From Escherichia phage vB_EcoM_phAPEC6, in the sequence record MK817115.1: 64,000 nt of DNA, one strand, 5' to 3'. The notes beneath the pieces were generated by a model. That model saw nothing but the letters and a program-made list of their open reading frames with translations, searched no databases and had not been told where the DNA came from. Positions 17,875 through 27,158 of this stretch are shown here, one piece after another. Positions within the stretch are counted from its first letter, which is position 1, and each line of letters starts with the position of its first letter. Both the position numbers and the translations under genes were made by a program.

Positions 17875-18645
17875 TTAAATTTTCTCAAGGAACAAGTTTT
17901 CGCACTGCTCTTCCCAATCGTATGGGTTGTTGTTATATACTGCCGAAATCAACAGTGGCATACGCAGTGAAGGTGAACGAAGAGAATCTTCGTGCTTCAA
18001 CATCCAGTTCAGAATTGCTTTACTACCATTACGGTTAATACCCTTAGATTCTAAAATGTTAGTCTGATTCATCACGTTCTCAATGTGAATCATGATATCG
18101 CTTTTGGTCTGAATCTGTAAGTCAACGTATACAGAACGAGACATAAGAGCAGCATAGTGAGCAGACATTTTCGTTTTAGCTTTAGCATCTAATGCTAAAT
18201 CTTTGTTAGTGATGAATACGATACGACCGTTAAAATCAAAGCTGTTAGGGATACCGTTAGTGGTTAAGTACTTAGAGCTAGTCATGTAAGACACAGTACG
18301 TTTACCGCTGTCCAGTACTGCTTTGAGCAGGTTCATACCGTCTTCTGAATCAAAGATGCTGTCCATATCATCCAGTACTAATACGTTGGTGCTATGACGA
18401 TTCTTGTACAGAACTTCGTACAGAGCCAGAGTAGTCATTTTACCACTGATGGTAGCTACGTTCCATTCTGCTGCGTCATGAGCTTTCTGGAGGCGTTTAG
18501 ACAGGGTGTAAGTCTTACCAACACCAGGAGCACCACTGACAACCATACTTTTTACAGTACTGCTATCATCGAGCAAACACTCAAGAGCAACCATCATGGA
18601 GTTGAAGTTTTTCTGGATTTGAATGCTACGTGCTTCTCTGGTCAT
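17875..18645 (-). CDS. P-loop NTPase (AAA-type ATPase)
   Basis: Walker A GAPGVGKT and Walker B VLVLDD; GAGGA RBS. Confidence 0.7.
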   Translation of the reverse strand: MTREARSIQIQKNFNSMMVALECLLDDSSTVKSMVVSGAPGVGKTYTLSKRLQKAHDAAEWNVATISGKMTTLALYEVLYKNRHSTNVLVLDDMDSIFDSEDGMNLLKAVLDSGKRTVSYMTSSKYLTTNGIPNSFDFNGRIVFITNKDLALDAKAKTKMSAHYAALMSRSVYVDLQIQTKSDIMIHIENVMNQTNILESKGINRNGSKAILNWMLKHEDSLRSPSLRMPLLISAVYNNNPYDWEEQCENLFLEKI

Positions 18646-18669
18646 TTCGTTATCCTCATCAGTTGATGA

Positions 18670-18708
18670 AATAATTATAACAAAAAGGGCTGACCGAAGT
18701 CAACCCTT
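18670..18708 (-). promoter_or_regulatory. Composite terminator/early promoter element
   Basis: Minus strand: GGGTTGAC-UUCG-GTCAGCCC hairpin + T-run; the stem carries TTGACT, followed ~18 nt later by TTATAAT. Confidence 0.7.
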
Positions 18709-18712
18709 TTGT

Positions 18713-20599
18713 TTAGTTTTTTTTCACCCCACCCCATTTTTCATAGATTGCAATAATTTTATCTATGTTGTTTGGTGTAGTAGTTTCAGTATAACCATCT
18801 GGCATTTCTTGTTTAGTTAAAACGCCTTTACCAAATAGTTTTTTACATTCTTTTTCAGCTTCCTTACACTCAAACACAGATGTGAAAAAATACGTATGTA
18901 ACGATTCAATTTTAAATAATGATTTTTTATTTTGCTGCATAACCCTCTTACCTTTCTGCTTTTCAATACCATATTTCAATGCTACAGATAAATCACCATC
19001 CAAAATATTATGAATATATGCATATTGCTGAGAATGACCAGCCGCAAGTGGATGACCAGACCCACAAAGGTGACTTGCTGGAGTTTGCCAAAAGTCTCCA
19101 TACACTGGATGAGTTATTAATACTTTCGTTGAAGAATTTACATAATCAACTTTATCATAATTATATAAGTTATTATGAACTTCATTTGCTTTAATTTTAA
19201 ATTCATCACATGTATAAGGAACACCACCTTTGACTTTCGGGTGTCCTTTACCTGCCAAATGCCCATTTGGAGTTTGCCAAAAGTCTCCATACACTGGATG
19301 AGTTATTAATACTTTCGTTGAAGAATTTACATAATCAACTTTATCATAATTATATAAGTTATTATGAACTTCATTTGCTTTAATTTTAAATTGAGTTAGA
19401 TTTTTTATTTTAAAGTTAGCTGTATCATATTTCAAACTGTTTTTTAAATGTGTTAAGTGATTTTGTGGTGTACTTTTGAATTCTCCGTAAATTTTATGAA
19501 CTATAGTTACAGGTGTACTTTGATTTATATAGTTTACTCTATCATAGATATATTCTCCACTTGATTTGAACTCCAAGCACTTTTCTATAAATGTTTTAGT
19601 ATCTATATTTTTACAGTTTCCACAAGTTTTTAAATTTCTGTTCATTATAACGTCCACAGATATATCGTATTCACACCCACATGATTTATAACATACTTTA
19701 ATTTTCTTTTTTGTACCAACATCATCAGGTATTAGGATTGGTGTAATAAGTTGATTGTTAGGTGAACATTTGTAAAAATAATATAAAAAATTATTTTTTG
19801 TATAATGTGGTCTATGTACTATATTATTATTGATCAAATATGATGCTCTGGAAATACGATATAATACTCCTTCGTGTTCCGTTATTACAGGAGTTTTTTC
19901 ATTTTTCCATTCACTAAGAGATGATATTGCATATCCAATAATATTTTTACCAACCGACAATGCTTTTTCTTTCATTTTTTCGGCAAGACCGTAACCATGT
20001 TTTTTCATTTCCAATGGTGAAATCCACGAGAATGCAACATCATCCCCAAATATAAAATGGGAAATTGTAACACAATCATCATCAGTAGTCATGGATGTAT
20101 ATTCATTGTTATCTTCGATTTCTGATATTAATTCAGATTTACATTTAGAACAATTACAACCGATTTCATCACCCAGTGTAGAAATAGTAAGCGTTTTTTT
20201 AGTTCCATTTTTACAAATATATGGTATTTTTGTTGAATTATTTTTATAAACTTCAACTTCACCACTAACTGTATCAATTATGCCACCATAAGTACTAATC
20301 CAAGAATTAATTCTTTCCCTAACAATTAAAATATCTAAACTTTTAGCATGACCATTATACCAGTCTTCACATTCAGGACAACCAAATTTTTTAGATGGGT
20401 GTGTGAGGTTTGCGTGATCCATAAGATATACTTGTGATATGCCTGATTTGTGTTTTAATACATCATTGCAAACTACTTGGATGTTTTTTAATTTGGCATT
20501 TTCATACTTACTATAATCAGCTTCAATTGGAACGTTATGTTCTAATACTTTATTGTTGAATTTTTCTTTTGCTTGTTTAGGGGTTAATTTAGCTGGCAT
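18713..20599 (-). CDS. Cys-rich 628-aa protein with three tandem ~63-aa repeats
   Basis: Multiple CxxC pairs; repeat FKIKANEVHNNLYNYDKVDYVNSSTKVLITHPVYGDFWQTP occurs twice identically; AAAGGAG RBS. Confidence 0.7.
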   Translation of the reverse strand: MPAKLTPKQAKEKFNNKVLEHNVPIEADYSKYENAKLKNIQVVCNDVLKHKSGISQVYLMDHANLTHPSKKFGCPECEDWYNGHAKSLDILIVRERINSWISTYGGIIDTVSGEVEVYKNNSTKIPYICKNGTKKTLTISTLGDEIGCNCSKCKSELISEIEDNNEYTSMTTDDDCVTISHFIFGDDVAFSWISPLEMKKHGYGLAEKMKEKALSVGKNIIGYAISSLSEWKNEKTPVITEHEGVLYRISRASYLINNNIVHRPHYTKNNFLYYFYKCSPNNQLITPILIPDDVGTKKKIKVCYKSCGCEYDISVDVIMNRNLKTCGNCKNIDTKTFIEKCLEFKSSGEYIYDRVNYINQSTPVTIVHKIYGEFKSTPQNHLTHLKNSLKYDTANFKIKNLTQFKIKANEVHNNLYNYDKVDYVNSSTKVLITHPVYGDFWQTPNGHLAGKGHPKVKGGVPYTCDEFKIKANEVHNNLYNYDKVDYVNSSTKVLITHPVYGDFWQTPASHLCGSGHPLAAGHSQQYAYIHNILDGDLSVALKYGIEKQKGKRVMQQNKKSLFKIESLHTYFFTSVFECKEAEKECKKLFGKGVLTKQEMPDGYTETTTPNNIDKIIAIYEKWGGVKKN

Positions 20600-20828
20600 T
20601 ACTTAAAACTCCTTTCCAGTACTGAACCCGTCCAGCACCATTAATCTTAGCCTGAATCTTATCTTTTTCGACAAGACCTTCTTTGTAATCGATGGAAGTA
20701 TTATCACACTTAATTACATCCAAGTCAAGTACTTCTTGTGTACTTAATGAAGTATTGTCTGCAATTTGTTGTAATGTAATTATATCAGTACCGAAGAATT
20801 CTGCTAAACGTATAAAAGATAGTTTCAT
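20589..20828 (-). CDS. Hypothetical small protein
   Basis: 79 aa; GAGAGG RBS; immediately downstream of a composite promoter element. Confidence 0.55.
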   Translation of the reverse strand: MKLSFIRLAEFFGTDIITLQQIADNTSLSTQEVLDLDVIKCDNTSIDYKEGLVEKDKIQAKINGAGRVQYWKGVLSNAS

Positions 20829-20849
20829 GTATTACCTCTCGTTTCGATA

Positions 20850-20889
20850 AAATAATTATAGCAAAAAGGGCTGACCGAAGTCAACCCTT
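20850..20889 (-). promoter_or_regulatory. Composite terminator/early promoter element
   Basis: GGGCTGACCGAAGTCAACCC hairpin plus ATAATTATAG -10 region, near-identical to the element at 18670. Confidence 0.7.
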
Positions 20890-20893
20890 TATG

Positions 20894-21253
20894 TTATTCT
20901 AACTCACTCATTGTGGCGATAGTTAATCCCATTTCTTCTGCAATGTTGCATAGCAAACCAACTGCATTACGAAGAATATCAGTGTTGTCCACCGAGAATG
21001 ATGAGTTTTCATTTACAGTTGAAGACTCAATGTAGTACTCAAAATAACGAGAAGTTGAACGCACAACTTTAACACCTTCATACTTCTGTAGTTCAGAGTT
21101 GATACGCTCGATGAGCGAATCTTCCAGTACTCGATAGTCACCATTCATTCCACGTTTCCATCCATCAGCAGGACGGAAATAAAAAGTTTTTGTACGTTGA
21201 ATTGTTGAGATTGTTAGTGGGTTGTATTCTGCGATTTCACTTAAAGATGCCAT
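20894..21253 (-). CDS. Hypothetical protein
   Basis: 119-aa minus-strand ORF. Confidence 0.55.
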   Translation of the reverse strand: MASLSEIAEYNPLTISTIQRTKTFYFRPADGWKRGMNGDYRVLEDSLIERINSELQKYEGVKVVRSTSRYFEYYIESSTVNENSSFSVDNTDILRNAVGLLCNIAEEMGLTIATMSELE

Positions 21254-21316
21254 GTTGTATTCCTCATTTTCTTTGTTACATGATACTGAAAGATAAAACT
21301 GGTGTTAATGTTTTTT

Positions 21317-21751
21317 TTAGATCATAGAACGATAATACTCAGGTAACTCAACATCAGTAAATTTATACCACGTAGGCTTCATCTGGAGCTTCTCAATCAA
21401 ACGTTCACGAGACATTTTAATCTCTGACTCCGTTGGTATGTAGTCATTACAAAACTCAGCAGGGAAGCCGCTAATGTCGTTTACTTCAGTGTTTTGAATC
21501 TTCATACCACGACGCAGACATTCGTTGACAATATCAATATGACGCTTCTGTAAGTACAGTAACTTGTCGTAGAAAAATGTTACATGACCTGAACCTAACA
21601 GATAAGTACTGTTAATTTTGAAATCACGTACACGCTTACGTGCTTGAACGTGTTTTTGTACAGCACCAAATACACGTGGGAGTTCACGATATTCAGCCAT
21701 CAGATGTTGGTCAGCAAGTTCTTTAACGTGTACTAAGTTAATGCGTGTCAT
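21317..21751 (-). CDS. denV: Endonuclease V (pyrimidine-dimer DNA glycosylase), T4 DenV homologue
   Basis: [48 protein letters not shown] matches T4 DenV as I recall it; GAGAGGA RBS. Confidence 0.9.
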   Translation of the reverse strand: MTRINLVHVKELADQHLMAEYRELPRVFGAVQKHVQARKRVRDFKINSTYLLGSGHVTFFYDKLLYLQKRHIDIVNECLRRGMKIQNTEVNDISGFPAEFCNDYIPTESEIKMSRERLIEKLQMKPTWYKFTDVELPEYYRSMI

Positions 21752-21774
21752 GTATTCATCCTCTCGTTTCGATG

Positions 21775-21814
21775 AAATGATTATAGCAAAAAGGGCCGAC
21801 TGAAGTCAACCCTT
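21775..21814 (-). promoter_or_regulatory. Composite terminator/early promoter element
   Basis: GGGCCGACTGAAGTCAACCC hairpin variant + T-run; GATTATAGC -10 region. Confidence 0.65.
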
Positions 21815-21907
21815 TTTTTTTCTTTCAATCAAACATAGTCTACCAGAATGTACCATGCGATGGTGATTAGAACAAAGAATCATACACTTCTTCATTGTTT
21901 AATCCAT

Positions 21908-22243
21908 TTATTCAACAATCCCCAACTTCACAATCTCATACCCGTCCAGATAGCCGTAGGAACACTCAGGTGTTTCATAAGATGAACCATCATGGATGCC
22001 TTGGCATTGACTTTTGGAATTCTCAAGCAATCGTTGCAGTACTGATACGTCATCAAGAACGTAATACAAGTTAGCATATAGGTCAGTTACAATACAGTAC
22101 TCCAACATATCAAATGTATCAATCGAAATTTCAACCTTAGCAAATCGTTTCTTTTCTTTATTATACAGTGCGTACATATTAATCTCCATAATCAAGTTTA
22201 ACCAACTTACCACACAGATACCCAAAGTTTTCTGGCTTCGCAT
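21908..22243 (-). CDS. Hypothetical protein; possible C-terminal part of a split kinase-like gene
   Basis: 111-aa ORF overlapping the end of 22179..22550 in another frame. Confidence 0.4.
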   Translation of the reverse strand: MRSQKTLGICVVSWLNLIMEINMYALYNKEKKRFAKVEISIDTFDMLEYCIVTDLYANLYYVLDDVSVLQRLLENSKSQCQGIHDGSSYETPECSYGYLDGYEIVKLGIVE

Positions 22244-22550
22244 CTGAATAGAAGAAGTCAGTACTTAACTCTGAATTCAATGCTAAAGCACACAACTCCA
22301 CCCAAAATAAACCCCTATGTTGTACTGGCTTACAACGTTTCTGTACAGTTACTAGTCCAGTACATGATGACCACAAAGTAGGACAGATACCAGTATCACT
22401 ACGCTTGGAGTACTGCATCCACGAACGTTCATTGAGGTTAGCTATCATCCCTGTTAAGAATAGCTTCCAACTTTTAAAGGTTGGAATCTTGATAGCGTAT
22501 TCCCCAATGAGGATAACAGTTCGGGTTGCACCTTTCAAATCTATATTCAT
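22179..22550 (-). CDS. Protein kinase-like N-terminal fragment
   Basis: Gly-rich loop region then YAIK, catalytic-loop-like DAKPEN and DFG-like LDYGD; ORF stops right after. Confidence 0.5.
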   Translation of the reverse strand: MNIDLKGATRTVILIGEYAIKIPTFKSWKLFLTGMIANLNERSWMQYSKRSDTGICPTLWSSCTGLVTVQKRCKPVQHRGLFWVELCALALNSELSTDFFYSDAKPENFGYLCGKLVKLDYGD

Positions 22551-22560
22551 ATTATTTTAA

Positions 22561-22812
22561 TTAGAAGAACACAAACCAAGTCCAGAATAAATTCCACACT
22601 ACAAATAAAGACATAGTGGTTTTATGTACAATATCAGCAGTACTGGTCCATCCTCCACCGTGTCCTATTCCATTTATGAATAGAACTAAGAACAAGATAC
22701 CATTTACTACAATAGTACATAGTAAGTACACAAACACATTCCATGCAAGTTCAGGGGATACTAACGTAAATGGTAAAACAATTAGTAGTATTAGAACTAA
22801 TAAAATTTTCAT
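22561..22812 (-). CDS. Small membrane protein
   Basis: 83 aa, hydrophobic. Confidence 0.55.
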   Translation of the reverse strand: MKILLVLILLIVLPFTLVSPELAWNVFVYLLCTIVVNGILFLVLFINGIGHGGGWTSTADIVHKTTMSLFVVWNLFWTWFVFF

Positions 22813-23028
22813 TTATCGCCTCACTTAATTAACGTGACAATTAGTACGAATCAGATTCCCAGTACTCGATTGCTTCTTTCAGCAATTCTTTAGCACGTTG
22901 TTTTGCAATGCGAGCGGGTAACAGATATGTGTACATTAACTGACGCTTCACTTCATTCAGTGAAAGCTGTTCATGGTACAGTGCATCCATCAGTCGATTA
23001 CGAGTACGTAGTTTCATATAAGTTATCC

Positions 23029-23583
23029 TTATTTCAAAGAATCATAGTAAGCAGTGTCAAAGATTGGAGTCATAATAACATAGTCAATACGGTCAATGTA
23101 AGTTGAACTCCACATTTCTGGTTTGTCATAAAATTGACGTTCGCGTTCATTCATACGAGTCAGTACTTCTTCCAATTTACTACGTGAAGCCATCAATGTA
23201 TTACGCGATCCATAAGTGAAGTACTCAGTCCATTGATATTCATATTCAGTACTGATAGATTGAATAGTACCATCTTTGAAATGAGCTAATGCATAACCTT
23301 TCTCTACAAAGTTATCAGGTGGAAGAACACCATCTGGATTAGTTTTCAATGCTTTTTCTAACTTTTCTTTAATTTCAGTTAACGTGCATACTGAACGAAT
23401 GTTCTTCAGGTTTGATACTTGAAAATCACTGTACTTTCCAAAGAAAAATACACGCCAATCTTTAGGTTCATTATCAGATACGGTAACATCAGGATGATGG
23501 GCGAGTAAACGAAGAAGGCCAGCTTTGTGACCGTTAATGTAGATTTCATGGATGTGGTTAGCAGTTTTCTTAAAAGTAATCAT
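23029..23583 (-). CDS. Hypothetical protein
   Basis: 184-aa ORF downstream of promoter 23631-23659. Confidence 0.6.
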   Translation of the reverse strand: MITFKKTANHIHEIYINGHKAGLLRLLAHHPDVTVSDNEPKDWRVFFFGKYSDFQVSNLKNIRSVCTLTEIKEKLEKALKTNPDGVLPPDNFVEKGYALAHFKDGTIQSISTEYEYQWTEYFTYGSRNTLMASRSKLEEVLTRMNERERQFYDKPEMWSSTYIDRIDYVIMTPIFDTAYYDSLK

Positions 23584-23630
23584 GGTAGTTCCTCGATTGT
23601 AGGGATGAGAAGTTCATCCCCTTGATAAGC

Positions 23631-23659
23631 ATTATACAGTACTGAATGTGTTTGTCAAC
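23631..23659 (-). promoter_or_regulatory. Sigma70-like early promoter with CAGTACTG in the spacer
   Basis: Minus strand: TTGACA-aacacattCAGTACTG-TATAAT. Confidence 0.65.
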
Positions 23660-24055
23660 TCAAAATAAATTCATTTCATGTGCGTATTGTGGTTCAAGAT
23701 AAGATAAGTTTTTGAAACTGTCTTTCAATTCCGCATCATCTACGTACACAGTACCAGGTACATTCCCCATAGTGAAGCCAACCCAAACAGTCATGTTTCC
23801 AGTTCCTAAGCGGGGCATTGATAGCGTCCCGTCAGGTGAAACATCAAACGCTACACTAAAGTCATCCGTTACAACTTCCGAACCATTTTCCAGAATAATA
23901 CAACCACGTTCTTTAAGCTTCTGAATGTGGATAGCAGCCTCTACTGCACGTTTAAAGTTATAATAAGACTCTTTATCCTCGAACATTGATTGTTTAACCA
24001 GACGCTTGTTTAGCTCGGTTACTTTGTGCATTTGACGCATTACTTCAACTCCCAC
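23660..24055 (-). CDS. Hypothetical protein
   Basis: 131-aa ORF. Confidence 0.55.
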   Translation of the reverse strand: MGVEVMRQMHKVTELNKRLVKQSMFEDKESYYNFKRAVEAAIHIQKLKERGCIILENGSEVVTDDFSVAFDVSPDGTLSMPRLGTGNMTVWVGFTMGNVPGTVYVDDAELKDSFKNLSYLEPQYAHEMNLF

Positions 24056-24294
24056 AGTTGTAGAATTTCATAAGAGCCTGGTGGTGCTGGATTGATAATC
24101 TCAGGGTATTCAGTACTGTTAGGATTACCACCAGCATTGAACTCAGCAAGTAATAATTCGAGTTCATTCCTATCATGTACAACAAACACGCAATATCCAG
24201 TTCCTTCTTCAAGAACTGTAGTTGATCCCGCACAATCCCATACGGCATCAATACATAATAATTCTTTAGTGTTTTTATTACGCAACGCAAACAT
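24040..24294 (-). CDS. Hypothetical protein
   Basis: 84 aa; AGGAG RBS; preferred over the overlapping 24045..24347 frame. Confidence 0.5.
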   Translation of the reverse strand: MFALRNKNTKELLCIDAVWDCAGSTTVLEEGTGYCVFVVHDRNELELLLAEFNAGGNPNSTEYPEIINPAPPGSYEILQLWELK

Positions 24295-24303
24295 ATATGT
24301 CTC

Positions 24304-24648
24304 CTATCGATTCGGCATATTCTTTCGTAGTCGCAAGAGAAATTCAACCACTGACCATGTTGTAATGAAGGCTATATAAGTTGCAAGGAATCCAGTAAGA
24401 ATAAATGCAACCAGCGTACTACCATTTGGGGAATCAGTTTTAATGCCGATGACACCATCGGCTACAGTGAAACATGTAGCCATTAATGTGTAACCTACGT
24501 ACAACACAAAGAAAAACTCATTCTCCATTGAAGGATAGAAACGGTTAAACACTTTATAAAATTTAAAGTACAGTAGGATTATACCAACAAAGGCATAGAA
24601 TGTAAACAGTGTTGTTATAATATATGAGATTAGGTTCAAATTATACAT
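24304..24648 (-). CDS. Small multi-pass membrane protein (second cluster of the family)
   Basis: Start set to ATG 24648 (GGAG RBS); hydrophobic; tail LRKNMPNR. Confidence 0.55.
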   Translation of the reverse strand: MYNLNLISYIITTLFTFYAFVGIILLYFKFYKVFNRFYPSMENEFFFVLYVGYTLMATCFTVADGVIGIKTDSPNGSTLVAFILTGFLATYIAFITTWSVVEFLLRLRKNMPNR

Positions 24649-24649
24649 A

Positions 24650-24997
24650 TCAACGCTCCGGTAGATTATCACGTAATGTTTTAATTCGATGATACATTTT
24701 CATACCAATATTACCAAAGATACCATATCCAAGTACTAAAATGTATGCAATAAGCATAGTAATAATTACTATAGTGCCAAAACTATAATGTACACTACTG
24801 ATACCCATTGTAGTTTCAACGATTATTTGAGAAACTGAAAGAATCAAAAGTACAACTACAATTGGATGATTTGGGTACATTCGGTTGAACAACGTTTTGT
24901 ACTTAAAGAAGCACAGTACTCCACCGAATAAGAAGTAAACAATGTAAATGCAAGCAACAGCATAGGCAAACATGTTAGTGTAATAAATCATTACCAA
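24650..24997 (-). CDS. Small multi-pass membrane protein (second cluster of the family)
   Basis: 115 aa hydrophobic; tail LRDNLPER. Confidence 0.6.
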   Translation of the reverse strand: MVMIYYTNMFAYAVACIYIVYFLFGGVLCFFKYKTLFNRMYPNHPIVVVLLILSVSQIIVETTMGISSVHYSFGTIVIITMLIAYILVLGYGIFGNIGMKMYHRIKTLRDNLPER

Positions 24998-25000
24998 TCC

Positions 25001-25339
25001 TTACTTTTCAGGGATATTAGAACGCCATATATCAATGCGATGAACTAGTCCAAAGAACAACCATACTGGAACGGCAGCTATCATAACAACAAATGAAAAC
25101 CCAGTCAAGACCGATACCAGATTTAATTCATCAGTACTATACCCACATATCAGTACTTCTAATATTCCCCACGTACATGCACAAAACATCAAGAATGAAA
25201 TTGGGGCATCATAGTAGATACGTTCATATAAAGTAGTGTATCGGAAGAATGCAATAATGTAGCAAAACATATAATACACCCAAACCAAAGATACTACATA
25301 AAATGATACTTTGTTTATTAATTCAAAATATTGTTCCAT
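25001..25339 (-). CDS. Small multi-pass membrane protein (second cluster of the family)
   Basis: 112 aa hydrophobic; tail WRSNIPEK. Confidence 0.6.
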   Translation of the reverse strand: MEQYFELINKVSFYVVSLVWVYYMFCYIIAFFRYTTLYERIYYDAPISFLMFCACTWGILEVLICGYSTDELNLVSVLTGFSFVVMIAAVPVWLFFGLVHRIDIWRSNIPEK

Positions 25340-25341
25340 TT

Positions 25342-25623
25342 TTACCCCAATATATATTCAGAGAGTAATGTATTAGCTTCATCTTTGTTCTTAAGGTAAT
25401 ACATGTAATATAGATTCGGTTCACCATCTTTAGAACTCAAATCGAAGTTCTTTAAACTATGTACTTTCATAGTAAAAACAAATAATGACTTAAAACCAAT
25501 CTCACCGTACTTAATAAACAGTTCATCCAAATGAATGTAACTTTTTGATTTGGATAATTCTTTAACGTCTGCATCAATTTCAGATAAAAGATGCTTACCT
25601 ATTAAGTTTTCAAATGAACGCAT
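25342..25623 (-). CDS. Hypothetical protein
   Basis: 93-aa ORF. Confidence 0.5.
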   Translation of the reverse strand: MRSFENLIGKHLLSEIDADVKELSKSKSYIHLDELFIKYGEIGFKSLFVFTMKVHSLKNFDLSSKDGEPNLYYMYYLKNKDEANTLLSEYILG

Positions 25624-25684
25624 GATTTTATCCTTTACCGCAATTTTTATGGTTTATTAAGAATACACCAGAACATCAGTTCTG

Positions 25685-26326
25685 TCAATAAAAAACTGGA
25701 TCTTCTTCAGTAACTGGTATTTCTCTACGTACATCACACGAAAGAGGATCAGTAATGAATACATTGCCATCTTTATCCATCATGACATTACTGGAATGAA
25801 TGTCTGGTACAAAACGCCCGTGAAACTCTTTCATGATGTTAGCAGCGACCGTCGCAATAGCAATCTCTTCAGAATTACCACGCATATCATTCACTGAAGT
25901 AGCGTACTGACCAGCATGTGCATAAGAATATAAATCTCCAATTTTAGTACTAACAAAGTCATCATAATTATTTTTTTGTTTAATTATAGGATAGTACTTG
26001 TCCATCTCATACCATCCAAAGTTTCCTTGTTCGTTTGCACTGTAGATCACTGGAAGAAACTTGGTTCCTGCGTTTTCAATGCAGTACTTTGCATAAGCAC
26101 GAAAACCATCCCAGCGTGAAGTGGTTACTTTAAATGCACGTCCAGGATAGTTTTTATGTTCAACTACTACAGAGTACATCCCCATTCCAAGCAAAGTAAG
26201 TCCAGCAGCTTTAACTTGTGGAAAGATTACGCGTTCAGCATAAGGAATATCAAACTCCATCGCACAACGAGTTTTTGATGGACGCAAAATGTCAATTAAA
26301 GTTTTGAATATTTCTTGCTTAGTCAT
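25685..26326 (-). CDS. Putative atypical kinase-like protein
   Basis: Start set to ATG 26326 (GAGGA RBS); LLGMGMYSVVV, AFK, then DIHSSNVMMDKDGNVFITD resembling a kinase catalytic loop plus DFG-like segment; weak. Confidence 0.4.
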   Translation of the reverse strand: MTKQEIFKTLIDILRPSKTRCAMEFDIPYAERVIFPQVKAAGLTLLGMGMYSVVVEHKNYPGRAFKVTTSRWDGFRAYAKYCIENAGTKFLPVIYSANEQGNFGWYEMDKYYPIIKQKNNYDDFVSTKIGDLYSYAHAGQYATSVNDMRGNSEEIAIATVAANIMKEFHGRFVPDIHSSNVMMDKDGNVFITDPLSCDVRREIPVTEEDPVFY

Positions 26327-26354
26327 TACTTTATCCTCTGTAGTTAATATCAAC

Positions 26355-26390
26355 ATCATAACAAAAAAGGCTGACCGAAGTCAACCCTTT
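26355..26390 (-). promoter_or_regulatory. Composite terminator/early promoter element
   Basis: GGCTGACCGAAGTCAACC hairpin + T-run with embedded TTGACT and TATGAT -10. Confidence 0.65.
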
Positions 26391-26395
26391 TATTA

Positions 26396-26815
26396 TCATT
26401 TACAGTTTTCTATAACTATTGCACGTTTTAGTATTTTACTTTCATAAACATACTTAAGATGACCTTCTTCACGAATACGATTGAACACATATCCTAGTTT
26501 ATCTTTTAGTACTGAAGCGGTATCAATGTCAAGATTAACTTCAACCCCTCCTGTTAATTTAACTTTATATGTAAAGCTAAAAGCATCACCAGATTCAACC
26601 AATGGGACTACTTGTTCATACGTATTCAACATAACTCGTTCATCATTAACTAAATTATATATTACTATATCACAAGTTTTTACCCCAATTTCCTCTAATG
26701 TAGGAGCATTATCTACTATAACATCTTTTACTGTATTTGCAACCTGTTTAGCATCTGCTGCATATACATTAAAACTAAAAAGTACTAAAATAATACTTAA
26801 AAAAATCTTTTTCAT
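26396..26815 (-). CDS. Secreted small protein (signal peptide)
   Basis: MKKIFLSIILVLFSFNVYAADA signal-peptide-like N-terminus; AAGGA RBS. Confidence 0.6.
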   Translation of the reverse strand: MKKIFLSIILVLFSFNVYAADAKQVANTVKDVIVDNAPTLEEIGVKTCDIVIYNLVNDERVMLNTYEQVVPLVESGDAFSFTYKVKLTGGVEVNLDIDTASVLKDKLGYVFNRIREEGHLKYVYESKILKRAIVIENCK

Positions 26816-26824
26816 TATATATCC

Positions 26825-27148
26825 TTATTTTATTTTACATGTCATATCGGGTTGTGCTGGTTTATTATTTTTAAACGGATTAGGTTTTTTATCTTTCTTT
26901 TTATCTTTTAAAGGTTTTTTGTCTTCTTTTTTATCTTTATCTTTGTCTTTTTTATTTTTATCAGGTTCAGAGGGAGTATTACATTGTGCTGGGGGTTGAT
27001 TAGTTGGAGTACAGCTATTGTCTGATGGGAGTATTACTTCTTTACAATTGTAAAATAGTAAACTTTTATTTGTGGTTAAATTATGAAAACGATAGTTACG
27101 TTCATTATTATAATAAATTGTTTTAGTACTTTCAATGTCATTGCACAT
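26825..27148 (-). CDS. Hypothetical protein with Lys/Asp-rich low-complexity tail
   Basis: KDKDKDKKEDKKPLKDKKKDKKP; weak RBS, start uncertain. Confidence 0.4.
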   Translation of the reverse strand: MCNDIESTKTIYYNNERNYRFHNLTTNKSLLFYNCKEVILPSDNSCTPTNQPPAQCNTPSEPDKNKKDKDKDKKEDKKPLKDKKKDKKPNPFKNNKPAQPDMTCKIK

Positions 27149-27158
27149 TACTACTGAA

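Noticed and set aside
24045-24347. 100-aa ORF overlapping 24040..24294 on the same strand
   Set aside because: The alternative frame has a good AGGAG RBS and more protein-like composition; this one is hydrophobic low-complexity without an RBS.
26481-26999. 172-aa plus-strand ORF
   Set aside because: It is antisense to two well-supported secreted-protein genes, has low-complexity composition and no RBS.
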